Source: Octopus sinensis
Taxonomy: Eukaryota
Length of the DNA stretch: 64,000 nucleotides
Assembly: GCF_006345805.1 (NCBI RefSeq)
Contig: NC_043005.1
Coordinates: forward strand, 46,686,001-46,750,000
Direction: 5' to 3'
Shown: positions 36,479 through 48,704 of the stretch, piece by piece
How positions within the stretch are numbered: position 1 is the first letter of the stretch
How the letters are laid out: the number at the start of each line of letters is the position of its first letter
The notes under the pieces: model-generated
The model's database searches: none
The model's input: the letters and a program-made list of their open reading frames with translations, nothing else
What the model was told of the DNA's origin: nothing
Position numbers and translations under genes: made by a program

Positions 36479-38631
36479 TTAGCAGTCATGACTGACTACT
36501 AAACAAACTACGGTTGTCACTAGTAACCGAAAACCAACAAGATTTTCAATACCTCTTTGGTAGAAATCACCCGATTTCGACTCGAAAAATTGTATCTGGA
36601 TTTCGTTAATTCTTTCAGGTGTCCTTGTAGCTGCAATGAAACAAGCAAATGTTTAACCGTTTCGCTCTTGATCAAATGGCGTATTCACTGTATGGCATCC
36701 GAAAGGAGAAAGAGCAGCACAAACCTCCGGCTGGTACTTCATTTATTGACCCCAGAAAGATGAAGCATATGGTTGGTCTCGGTAGGAGTTGAATTCACAG
36801 CTCAGTGAGTCGCACCAGATATCGCAGTTGATTTTTGATGTAAACATCTTCATAACTAAAACCATTGTTATATATATTTTTTTCTTTGTATTGCTGAAAT
36901 AGTCATTTTAATCGTAAATATTTTCAACTTCTGAAATGGCGCCAAATTCATATAAGAATATCAAATTGAAAATGTTTGTAGCGATATAATGAATGTTAGT
37001 ATAGCAGAGTGATAACACACAAAGTTTTAAATAAAAAGCCGACGTATCTTTCTAAATCTGATTCACAAATTGTCCTTTTTTCAGAATATTATTATAAATA
37101 AAAATCTGAACGATTACTCTGAAATGTGAATTATCTCAATATCAAGATCGTTGAGATATCCAATTAACGCAGTTCCGACAAATTTATAGAAAAGAGTCGA
37201 ACACTCCTATACTTCATAATTGAAGGGAAAAAAATAAAAACGACGGATAAATCTCCCAGTTTCGGTACAAAAATACGAGAGAGAAAAAATTAGCGAAAAT
37301 TCGTATTTTGAATATAGAATCCATTTCTCAGCTGATCATTAATTGTATTCCATTGTTTTTTTATTACTATTTTTTTTTTTACTTATTTCCAGATGTTATT
37401 TGATATAGATTTGTAAATGTTTGTCTCTAGCACCATCACCACCACCACCACCACCACTGATCTAGGTGGAAGTGAAAACGATACTTGCCTCCTCTCAGAG
37501 TGATTCACAGGAAGCCTGAGATGATTCTGTAATCCATGACCTAGACGACCTTATGTTTAGCAAGCCGAGATGTTGATTTGATTCCATGCCGGTGCAGTTA
37601 ACGTTAGTAGGGAGAAAAAAGAGCAGTAAGTGTAGTCTGGCAATTCTCTTGAGAACTTATTTCATCATTGTGGCAAGTGGCCTTTGTACAGCAAGTGAAT
37701 ATTTTCTACGGCATAGCTTCGATAAAAAGGGCTGGCACTGCAGAAAAGGGAGCAGAAGGTTATCATGTGGAGCCGGGGCAAAGAGAAAGGGGAAAGGATG
37801 GGAAAGGAGAACAAAAAATTGTGGTTAGAGGAAGATAATATATACGTGTGGTATGAGTGTGTGTGTTTGTGTGAGTACATAGCGGAAGTGCGGAAAAGAA
37901 AGCTCCGGGGAGAAGGAAGGAGAGAAATATTCACCTTAGAGCAACGATGGGGGGAAAAAAAGACAAAACAAAAAAAATAAAGTAAAACAGTAATTTGAGC
38001 AGAAAAATGGAAACGAAACAGAAAAAAGCAATAAAATGTGAGAAAAGCAAAGTTGTAAGCTGGGGATGAGAGTATGAGCTGAAGGCTTAAAGAAAACGAG
38101 AGAAACAAATACAAAAATATAGAAAAATGGAAGGGAAAAAATAGTGAAAGAAAACGACTCCTTGAAAATATAGAGAATATAAGAGGACTGATGGTGAGGT
38201 GAAGGAAAGGCTACGGCTAATAGAAGGGGGACGTGGACGACTGTAATATGGCTGACCTTTCGCTTTACGACGATGAGGCGCTTTCTAGTCGCTATGCCAT
38301 CTCCGATGATACGGCTCGACACACACTTGAGACAAAGTGGACACTGTCGCTCCACCATTGGTGCCAACATACACAAATGACATCTCTCTTGCAGAATTCT
38401 TGGTGGTTGCATCAAAAGCGTATAACATACTACAATGTTTTTTTTTTCCCTTCACTTTTTCTCCCACTTTCCTTTTTAACATACCTATTTTTAACATTTC
38501 CTTTTCGCCTTCGCATTCGTTTTCTGGCTTTATCCTCCCATTTCTTTTCCTTCTTTCTGTTTTGAGCCATTTATTTAGCCGTTTCTTTTTCTGTTGCACT
38601 AGGTTCTTTAATGTGTGTGTGTGTGTGTGTG

Positions 38632-38684
<53 letters not shown>

Positions 38685-38768
38685 TATATATACAGGTATG
38701 TATATATATATATAATATATATATATATATGTATATATATATGTATGTATATATATATACATATTTAT

Positions 38769-38800
<32 letters not shown>

Positions 38801-39314
38801 CTATTTGCAATTTTAATGGTTTCATTCTTTATATTTTTTTTTGTTCTTTCTAAGTTTATGTAAGAAACAAAACAAAAATTCAAACTATTCATCATTAGTT
38901 TCTCATCCTATGTTATATGGAGATTATTTTCACACAAAATGTAAACACGGTCGGACATCTACAGCTGTAGGCTATGGACACATCTCTACCTCCATTGTGT
39001 AATATAAATTATTTCGATTATTACCAACAAAGACAATTGGACGTCCTAGAATGAAACACGTTTCTCTGTACTCGTCACACACGCTTTCACACATTTATAA
39101 AGCAAATATATAAGTAAATATACAAATAAATAGAACAATGCACCCTGAAACAAGCTTTTCTAAAATATAGCATCAGCTTATTAAAAATATAAACTGTTTG
39201 GTTATATATGTTACATATATATATATATCATATATGTGTGTGTGTATGTATACATATTTGAATATATATATATGTATATATATTCATATACATACACACG
39301 CATACACATATACG

Positions 39315-39348
<34 letters not shown>

Positions 39349-39439
39349 CGCGTATGCATACATAAATATATGTGTGTGTGTATGCATACACATACACGTG
39401 CACGCACACACGTGGACGTGCATATTCGCTATCTCTTTT

Positions 39440-39812
39440 CTTTTGTTTGTTTCAGTCATTAGAACGTGGTCATGCTAAGGCACCACTTTGAAGGATTTTT
39501 AGTCGAATGAATCGACCCCAGTACTTATTGTTTTTAAGCCTCGTACTTATTATATCGCTGTCTTGTGCCGAACAGCTAAGTTACGAGGACCTAGGCACAC
39601 CAACACCGAATGTCAAGCGGTGGTGGGGAGCAAGCACAAAAACAATGATACATACACACGCGCGTACACACACATATACGACAGGCTTCTTTCAGTATCT
39701 CTATACCAAATCCACTCACAAGTAATTGGTCGTCCCAAGGCTTCAGTAGGCACTTGCCAAAGGAGCCACACAGTGGGACTAGATCCAGAACCATATGGTT
39801 GGGAAGCAAACA
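39440..39812 (-). mobile_element. SINE family A
   Basis: Tail tttgtttcagtcatt, internal (CA), head ccatatggttgggaagcaa. Confidence 0.75.
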
Positions 39813-39860
39813 CGTGTCTGAGACTCAATATGTGTCATTAGCATGACAATTGACCCATCT

Positions 39861-39893
<33 letters not shown>

Positions 39894-39958
39894 ATATATA
39901 TATATATGTTATATATATGTTATATATTTAAAAAAGGAGATGTGGAACACGAGTTGTG

Positions 39959-40345
39959 ATATATAAAAAAGGAAATGAAGAAAATGCTGACAAAATAATT
40001 TAAGTAATTTAAGTAATTTAATTAGGTGAAAGTTCTTTTTACCGGTTGCGCATTTGTTATGCTTATCAAAAGATGTTTTTTTAAGAGAGATAAAGTTACT
40101 TTCTGATAGATTTTTTCCTCTTATCTCCAGATAAGAGGAAAAAAATCTATCAGAAAGTAACTCTATCTCTCTTAAAAAAACATAAGAGGAAAAAATCTAT
40201 CAGAAAATAACTCTATCTCTCTTAAAAAAGCATCTTTTGATAAGCATAACAACTGCGCAACCGGTAAAAAGAACTTTCACCTAATTAAATTACTTAAATT
40301 ACTTAAATTATTTTGTCAGCATTTTCTTCATTTCCTTTTATATAT
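39959..40345. repeat. ~385-bp palindrome with 2-nt loop and a 50-bp tandem duplication in the right arm
   Basis: ~168-bp left arm, centre tatct-cc-agata (40127-40128); flanked by (TA)n. Confidence 0.95.
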
Positions 40346-40467
40346 ATATATATATATATTTTATACTTACTTGGAACTGGATGCGTGGCGTTTACTTAAA
40401 TAATAATATGAATAATATATATATATATATATAATATATATATATATATTATATATATATATATATA

Positions 40468-41254
40468 TGCATATATGGCCACTGGATGTCACCAACAGTA
40501 AACAACATGAAATACGAACTTAAATGAGTTCCAATACGCAAACAACGCGATAAAAAATGGAAAACAGCACTAGTAATACAAAGAATACAAAGAACGACCC
40601 TTCATCAGTTGTTGGCTGTCTGTCTACTCCCTATTTAGAGCAATGTATGACACTATGAGTCTTCGAAGACAGTTGCTACCATAAATACCCAAAGAAAATT
40701 TTTGAATTTATGGAGAGTCAAAGTTGAGAACAAAAAGAGGACAGTGGAGATATACAAGGACACCGTACGAAAAAAAAACATGGAAGTCGTTAGACCAGAA
40801 CGAGGGGAAAATAGTGACCGCTGAGAGAAATATTTTCTTTGAAAAGAGAAAAGATAGAAGAGAGAGATAGGAGGCGTCTAGTCCTTAGAACATCCGTGCA
40901 GGAAAAGAGAGATTGTCACGTGAGGAAAGGGAAGACGAAACATGGTCACGTGTCAGCAACGAGAGACAGAAAAAGAGAAAGAGGGAGAGAGAGAAACAGT
41001 CTAGAGTAGAGTCGCATAAAAAAGGTTAAGATAAACTTACTTGGAAATGAATGCTTGTCGTTTATGGGAGCATCTGTCTTCAAAGACTGATTGCTCGAAA
41101 TGGGAGTAGATAGCCGACAACTGATGAAGGGTCATTATTTGTATTCTTTGTATTACTCGTCCTGTTTTCCTTTTTCTCTCGTTGTTTGCGTATTTAACTT
41201 ATTTGTTTACGAATTTCGTGTTCTTTACTGTTGGTGACGTCTTGTGCCCATATA

Positions 41255-41258
<4 letters not shown>
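40468..41258. mobile_element. Element with diverged ~200-220-bp inverted arms, flanked by (TA)n
   Basis: 40468-40690 vs rc of 41060-41258 share blocks such as gtcaccaacagtaaa, aatacgcaaacaacg, gtaatacaaagaatacaaa, gacccttcatcagttg. Confidence 0.7.
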
Positions 41259-41316
<58 letters not shown>

Positions 41317-41344
41317 TGTATGTATGTATGTATGTATGTATATA

Positions 41345-41518
41345 CGAAGGGGCGCTCTTTGAGTGAAAGAAAATACAGGAGAATCAGTAAATTTTAATTT
41401 TATTTCACATATTCCCCTCTCAGATTCACATATCTATTGCAGCGGTCCTTCGGTTTTTCCAAGCCCTGTAAAAGAACTCGGAAGTTTGGGCCTCAAGGAA
41501 CTTTTCAGTACCCCCCCG
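41345..41518 (-). mobile_element. Mariner-derived MITE (same family as 5859)
   Basis: TA|cgaagggg ... ggaacttttcagtacccccccg; internal tcccctctcagattcaca = rc VNLRGEY. Confidence 0.7.
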
Positions 41519-41949
41519 TGTGTGTGTATGTGTGTGCATACACATACACATCTACACTCATATAAACATACATACACGCATATATATATTTGTATGTATG
41601 TATATATATATATATATAAAATATTATTAGAGACAAAACCACTATTTTGCAAAACAAACAAGGAAAGACTTAATCAATACATAAAATTTTAATAAATAGT
41701 CAAAAAAACCGCCACTACAATTGTTACTTGTCTTGATCGACAATCTTCAGGTGGACTTCCAATAAGTCAGTTTCAAATTATGAATCCTAAATCTGATTTT
41801 TTCCCTGTAAATTTGGATTTATTCCCTAATATTTATTATATATATATATATATATATAATTTTAATCCAAAAGGGAAACAAAAAAACAACAACAACAGGA
41901 ACAATTACAGTATTATTATTAATAGGCGCTCAGGAGATGGAGCAGGGAG

Positions 41950-41984
41950 GTATGACGTTTCGAGCGGAGCTCTTCGTCGGAAAC
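41950..41984 (-). ncRNA. Degenerate minimal hammerhead ribozyme motif
   Basis: guuu-CCGACGA-A-GAGC-ucc-GCUC-GAAAC-GUC-auac: core CUGANGA with U4>C, 4-bp stem II, palindromic ACGU stem III, stem I 3/4 paired. Confidence 0.55.
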
Positions 41985-42139
41985 ATAAAGGAAGAGAGAG
42001 GAAAGAAAGATCCCAGAGCGGCAACAGGGAAAGAGAAAAAACGACTGGTGTTTACGAGTTGCACATGGTGAAAGGCGATGTTGACGATAACAAGAGCAAA
42101 GTGGGTTTTTTTAAGGCAAAAGAGTGGAGACAAGGTTGG

Positions 42140-44990
42140 TAACCCAACAGATGTGTGTGTATGTGTGAGTGTGTGCGTGTGCGTGTGTGTATGTGTGGTG
42201 TGTGGAGCGAGATGAAAAACAAAAAATATGTTGTGTTAGTGTGTGCGTCTGTGTGTAGGCGTGTGAGTAGGGCGAGACTAGTGGTCAGCTAGCAACAGTA
42301 GTAAGAAAAAGAAGGAAGGAGGAAGGGAGGTCAGTAGTAAGAAAAAGAAGGAAGGAGGAAGGGAGGAGGGAAGGGGTGGGGGCGTTGTCGTGCCAGCGTG
42401 TGTTTGAGTAGTAGTGTGTGTGTGTGTCCAGTGTCCGTGTGGTATAATGGCGAGTAGATTGAATGTGTGTAAGAGTGATGTATATATATAGGCAAGGTGT
42501 GTATATGTGTGCGCGTTGTGTGTAACGAAAAGGGGGGGGGTTTTAGGAAAAAGGACTCCAGCTGAGGGAAGATGGAAGAGAGTGTACCGCGGAGACAGGC
42601 GTGGGAAAACCCAACGACACGCGACGGTCCCAGGAACGGGCGGGAGGTCTCGTCAGGTCCAAGAGCGAGGTGTATGCGCGCGTATGCAGCGCGAGCCGGC
42701 GGCACAGTGCGTATGTGCGCGTGCCTGCGAGTATGCTCGCTATGAGTATGTATGTGTGTGTGAGATGTGTGAGTGGTGCTGTGTTGTATACTTGGTGTGG
42801 CAGTGTGTCCGATGAATGTAATTGTGAGTATGTTTGTATGTATGTGTGTGCATAGATGTATGTCCGTGTGTGTGTGTGTGTGTGTATGTGTGGTGAGTGT
42901 GTATGTATGTACGTGTGGGTGTGGAAGTGTGTGTATGGCATGTGTGTGCGCGTACATACAGGTGTGTGAGTGAGTGTGTGTGTGTGTATGTTATGTGTGA
43001 GTGTGTATGTATGTGTGTGTCGGATGCATGTATGTGTATGGGTGTAGTATGCGTGTGTGTATGTATGTATGTGTACGTGCGTTTGTGTGTGTATGCGTGT
43101 AGGTGTGCGCGTGTGCATGCATGCATGCATGTGCGTATGTGTGTGTGTTGTGCATGTGTGTGGTATATATGTATGTGCGTATATGTGTGTGTATGTTCGT
43201 ACATGTGTGTGTGTGTATGCATGGTGTGTATGTAGGTGTGTAGCGTGTGTGTATAGGTGTATGTATGTAAGTATGTGTGGGTGTGTCCGTGTATGTGTGT
43301 GTATGTATGTGTGTGTATGTAGGTGTGTGGCGTGTGTATATGTGTGTGTATGTAGGTGTGTGGGCGTGTGTATATAGGTGTATGTGTGTATGTCTGGGTG
43401 TGTCCGTGCATGTTTGTGTGTGTGTGTGTATGCATGTGGTATGTGGGTGTGTGTGTACGTTGTGTAAATTAGGTGTGTATGCGTGTGTATGCGTGCGTGT
43501 GTGTATGTAGGGCGTGTGTATGTGTGTGGGAGTGTAGGTGATGTGTGTGCGTGTGCGTGTTTATGTGGTGTGTGCGTATGTGAGTGTGAGTGTATGGGTG
43601 TTTGTCATGCATGTGTGTGCGCGTGCAGGTGAGTGTGTGTGTAGTATGTGTGTGTGTATTTTTGTGAGTGTGTAAGTGTGTATGTCTTTGTGTATGTATG
43701 TGCGTATAGGAGTATGTGGGTATGTGTGTATGTATGTATATGGGTGTATGTTATGTATGTGTGTGTGTGTGTGCATGTGTATAAGTATATGTGTGTGTGC
43801 GTATTGTGTATATGTGTATGTGTGTGTGTTTATGTGCATGTGTGTATGTATGTGTGTAGGCGTGTGTGTGTAGATGTATGTATGTATGGGTGTGTGTCCG
43901 TGTGTTGTTTGTGTGTGTGTGTAGGTGATGTGTACTGTCTGAGTCTGAGTGAGGGCTTGGCTGTGTAGGGTGTGTGTGTGTATGAATGTAAGTGTGTGTG
44001 TATACAAGTGTAACTGTATGTTTGTAGGTGTGTGTGTGTGTATGTGGTACGTGTGCGTGTATATGTGTGTGTGTGTATGCGCGTGTGAGTGTGAGTGTAT
44101 GGGTGTATGTCTGTGTGTGTGTGTTGTTTGAATAGTATGTAGTGTATGTGTATGTATTTATGTGTGTGTGTGTGCAGGTATGTGTGTGTGAATTGTGTGT
44201 TGTGAGTAGGGTGTGGTATGGTGTATGTATGTGGGTAGGGATGCATGCGAGTGTGTGGGTGTGTATGCATACTACGTACGCGCACATCCGAAGCAAGCCC
44301 ACACGCACAAAGCGCGCTCACGCACGCACACAAGGCACAGCAGTACAAGCGCGCCCAAGCCCAGGGGCCGACAAGCCCCCAGCGCGCGCCAAGGCGCGCG
44401 AGCGCAAAGGCCCTCGACGCCCCGCTACGCGGGAACCGAGGATCCATCAGCCAAAACCGGAAAAGCAGAAAAGAGGGGGGGCGCTGCCTGGATGCAAAAA
44501 GGTGTATGTTGTCTGTGCATTCATTGTAAGGGTGTGCATGTGGTGGGCATGTATGTATGTATGTGCCTACATGTATGTTTGCATGTGTGTGTGTGAAGTA
44601 TGTACGTGCGGTGTGTGTGTGTGTGAGTGTGTGTGTGTATGTGCGTATGTATGTGTGTGTGTATGTGTGTATGTATGTCTGTGTGTGTGTGTGTGTGTGA
44701 AGTATGTATGTGTGTGCGTATGTATGTATGTGTGTGGTATGTGCACGTTGTTTGTATGTTAGTGTGTTGCTAGTATGTCTGTAAGTGTGTGTGATTAAAT
44801 GTGTGAATGTATGTACGTAGATGGGTCTACGTATTGTGTGGTGTGAACAGGCGTGTGGGAGGTAGGTTGTTGGGTGTGTGTGGGAGGTAGGTGGGTGGGT
44901 GTGGTGCGTGTGGGAGGTAGGTGGGTGGTGTGTGTGGGTGGTGTGCCAAAAAAAAAAAAAAAAAAAAAACAGATCTCAAGAGGAGGGGCT
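42140..44990. repeat. ~2.8-kb irregular GT/GTAT low-complexity tract
   Basis: G/T-rich with no stable period; contains a garbled PLE-like piece (~42550-42720) and a GC island (44270-44500). Confidence 0.8.
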
Positions 44991-44999
44991 GTGTTTAGT

Positions 45000-45890
45000 T
45001 CCGTGTGGGGTGGTAGTTTACAGTTTGAAGATGTAGCGTTGCTCCAAGTGGAGCCTGGAAAGTGGGGACCTTGGTGGGGGGCGAGACCAAAACACTGATA
45101 TGTCATCTAGGGAATGGCCGGCCGAGCGGAAGTGGCGTGCGACGGGAGAAAGAGAGTGTAGGCGAACGTCCCTCAAGTGCTCAGTGGAAACGGTCGGACA
45201 ACCGGCGTCCCGTCTGTCCTACATACAGCATCCCGCATAGGTTGCATTTAATGCAGTAAATAAGGCCAGACGAGGTGCACGTAAAAGAGTGCCTAATGCG
45301 TACAGTGTGCAGTTGGAGCCGGTGACAGCGGTGGTGTTGGTGATGAAGGGCAAGTGTTGCAGCGGGATCTAGAGCAAGGGAATGATCCGTGGGGCTGAGG
45401 GGGAAGGAGAGAGGGTGCTGTGGACCAGGAGGTCACGCAGATTGCGGCTCGTTTGAAAGAGGACAGGGGTAGGTTAGGGAAAATGGGGCGGGTGGTGGGA
45501 TCAAGCTGGAGGCGACGGAAGGCACGTAGTATCTTGCGACGAAGGGGTAGGGTAGAGGGGTGGAAAAGGAGGGGGAAGGGGGTGCGGTTGGGGGTGGGCG
45601 GGGGGAAGGAAACAGGGCGGTAGTGCGGTCGATGCGACGGGCGCGGTGAGGGCAATCAGAGAGGAGTATGGGTGGGTAACCTCGGAGTCTGAACATGCGG
45701 GCCAGGTATTGAGATTGGGTCTCGAAATCCTGGTCGCGGCTTGCACAAACCGTCGGAGGCGGAGGAACTGGGAGTAGGGGATGGCTCGTTTGGTGTGGAA
45801 GGGGTGGGAAGGAAGATTTGAGATAGAGGTGGGAATCCGTAGGTTTTAAAAAGGCGGGGTGGTGAGAGATCTGGAGGGGTGATCGATGCG
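45000..45890 (-). pseudogene. Penelope-like element fragment (RT C-terminus, linker, GIY-YIG endonuclease)
   Basis: KPTDSHLYL..., RDQDFETQSQYLARMFRLRGYP, FPCSRSRCNTCP, HSFTCTSSGLIYCIKCNLCGMLYVGQTGRRLSDRF; frameshifted. Confidence 0.9.
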
Positions 45891-46124
45891 GATATATATA
45901 TATACATATTAAGGGCATCTGATCATTCACAATACGTCTTTCCTGAACGGTGACAACTTCCATTCCATCGCTATCGAGGAATGTGATGTTCTAGTAAATG
46001 ATGATGAGGCATGTAAAAATACGAAAATCTTTTACTGTGGTTATTCCTTAAAAGAATGCCAAAATTTCATTGTAAAAGACGAACAAAATCAAAAGTATTG
46101 TTAGTAGTATCTCTCATCATTTAC

Positions 46125-46320
46125 CTTTTATTTGTGTCAGTTATTTGACTTCGGCCGTGCAGGAGCACAGCCTTGAAGGATTTTAGTCGAACAAATCGAC
46201 TTCAGTACTATTTTTGCTTAACCGGTAAGATATAGTGATGTAAACAAACCAATACCGGTTGTCAAGTATTCGTAGGGTACAAATATAATACGAACGCAAA
46301 GACAAACATACATGTAGTTA
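46125..46320 (-). mobile_element. SINE family A tail, degenerate
   Basis: tttgactt.cggccgtgcaggagcac.gccttgaagg..ttagtcgaacaaatcgac. Confidence 0.6.
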
Positions 46321-46321
46321 C

Positions 46322-46373
<52 letters not shown>

Positions 46374-46605
46374 GTCTGTCCGTTTGTCTCTCTCTATTTA
46401 TCTACCTATCAGTTTATTTGAATTATTGCTTCCATATCTGTTCACTTGAATTCCGCTTATAGCCACTCTGGTTCCTCTTATGGCTCTGGTGTCCCCGGTA
46501 AAGATATCAGAGTGTAATTTCAAATCACTTGAGCGCTACTAAGCGTTTTCTACTTTGGGATTCTCTCATTCTCATCTGTTGATCCTATGTATGTATGTAT
46601 GTATG

Positions 46606-46636
<31 letters not shown>

Positions 46637-46845
46637 GTATGTATGTGTGTATGTATGTATGTATGTATGTATGTATGTATGTATGTTTGTATGTATGTAT
46701 GTATGCGTGTATGTATTATGTATGTATGCTTGTATGTATGCACGTGTGTACGTATAGTTAACATTTATAGAAAAACAAAAGACGAAGACAAATGTATGAA
46801 CAGCAAACAGGTGTATTAGTTTGACGCTCGGGAAAATGAAGATGT

Positions 46846-46881
46846 GTTTTATGTTTCGAACCTACTCTCTTCAACAGAAAG
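46846..46881 (-). ncRNA. Second, more degenerate minimal hammerhead-like motif
   Basis: cuuu-CUGUUGA-A-GAG-aguagg-UUC-GAAAC-AUA-aaac; downstream flank (ccgagcgtcaaactaata) resembles that of the 41950 motif (ctgagcgcctattaata). Confidence 0.35.
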
Positions 46882-47157
46882 GAATAAGAGGAAATAAACA
46901 GAGAGAGAATGAAAAAGCCTGTAGATTTAGCGGTCTAGCATGGCGAATGATTAGAAAAATAAATTTGAAAAAAGAGTATGAAAGAAAGGGAGATAATGAA
47001 ATGCTGGTGATCTCAAATGAAGGTGCGCGTGCGTGTGTATTTATGTCAGAATTGTGTGTGTGTGTGTGTGTGAATAGGGGCTAGCGACTTTTGACGTGTG
47101 CGTGTGTGTGCGTGTGTAAGTGTGTGAGTCTATGGATAAATAGATAGATAGATAGAC

Positions 47158-47211
<54 letters not shown>

Positions 47212-48704
47212 AGAGATAGATAGATAAAATACTCATATTCATACATGCATACTCACACATACACAAAGCGTAAGATGCATAATCGTGATATAATGAAATA
47301 TAGAAATATAAATAAATGTGACTGAATTATAGCATAAATTGAATATAATTTGGAAAAGCAAAATAGGATACATGTGTCTATGTGTGTGTAAAAGAGTGAG
47401 ACAGAGAGAGAGAGAGGGGGGATGGAGAGATAATGTGTGCGTATGTGCATGTGTGTGTATGCGCACGCGTGTTTGTTTGTATGTCTGTAAATTTGTGTTT
47501 CTGTGTGTGTGTGTGTTTGTGTGTAAATATATACTAAGGGTTTGCTTCTTAACAAGCTCTCATCTTATTCCTGGGGCCGTAGGTCTATACTCTAAAGCAT
47601 TCCAGCCATGGCCCTCTTGTCTTTTGACATAGTGTACTCCTCCTGAGTACATTATTCAACGCATCCTTAACAAAAAAAAAAAAAAAATTAAAAAAGAGCA
47701 GGGTGTGGTTTGAGGGAGATTTGGTAATTATGTCTATTATGCTGAGCAACCACTTAAAGGACCCCTTCGTTTTGTAGGACGGACTGGCATTTACAAAAAT
47801 AGCGTTAAACACTAGTTTCCTTGGTTGAGCTGTCAATAAATATTTTGAGAAATTATGATTCATACACACACATTGACCTTGTATCTTCTCCCGATCACCC
47901 CCACCTCTCTCTATTTATTTTCGTCCTCCAATTATAAGTGATGTCAATCTAATTGAGACACACCCCTTTCCATCCTTCCATCAATGGTTCTTTTTTCTTT
48001 TCTTTCTCTTCTTCCCTTTATCTCTATCTTACTCTTTCTGCCACTAATTCTCCACTCCGCTTCTCTCTCTCTCTCTCTCTCTCTCTCCTAACATTTAATT
48101 CCTCTCTCTATGGCCTTCTGACCTTCTAACACGTTTTCATTGTTGTCGTTGCCCTTCTAAGCTGACTCCTCCCCCTAAGTTTTATTATCCAACCTGATCA
48201 CCAACATTATACGCCCATCAACTCTCTTCTCAAATTACTATTTCTCTAATCCACAACACTAGACCCATTACTTAATTATCTTATGCACATGATATCACTA
48301 ACCTTTCACCCTCCCTAACTACCTATCCCTTCTTAAGTACCCCCTTCATTTTCTGAAACCATCTTCCTCTGCTTCATCATATCTCAGCTGCTACAATTGT
48401 TGCTTCCTGGCCATCATTCTTAATTCTTCTTAATCTTAGGATTCCTCCTAATTATTAAATATTATCGTTTCTTAACAAGAAATTAAGCAATCGATTATGC
48501 AAACATATGAGATGTTACAATGTTGACAGGAGGTTTATTTTTTTGCCCACCACCCCGCCTAAAATACATTGAAGTAACTGTCGTATTTAGCTATTTCCGA
48601 TTAATTAGTGAAATATATTGTCATTCTTTCAGGTTCTACACGAGAAGCTGTAGATATACATCTGTTTGCTTGTACAACAGATAAATTAAAGATACGTAAT
48701 TAAC

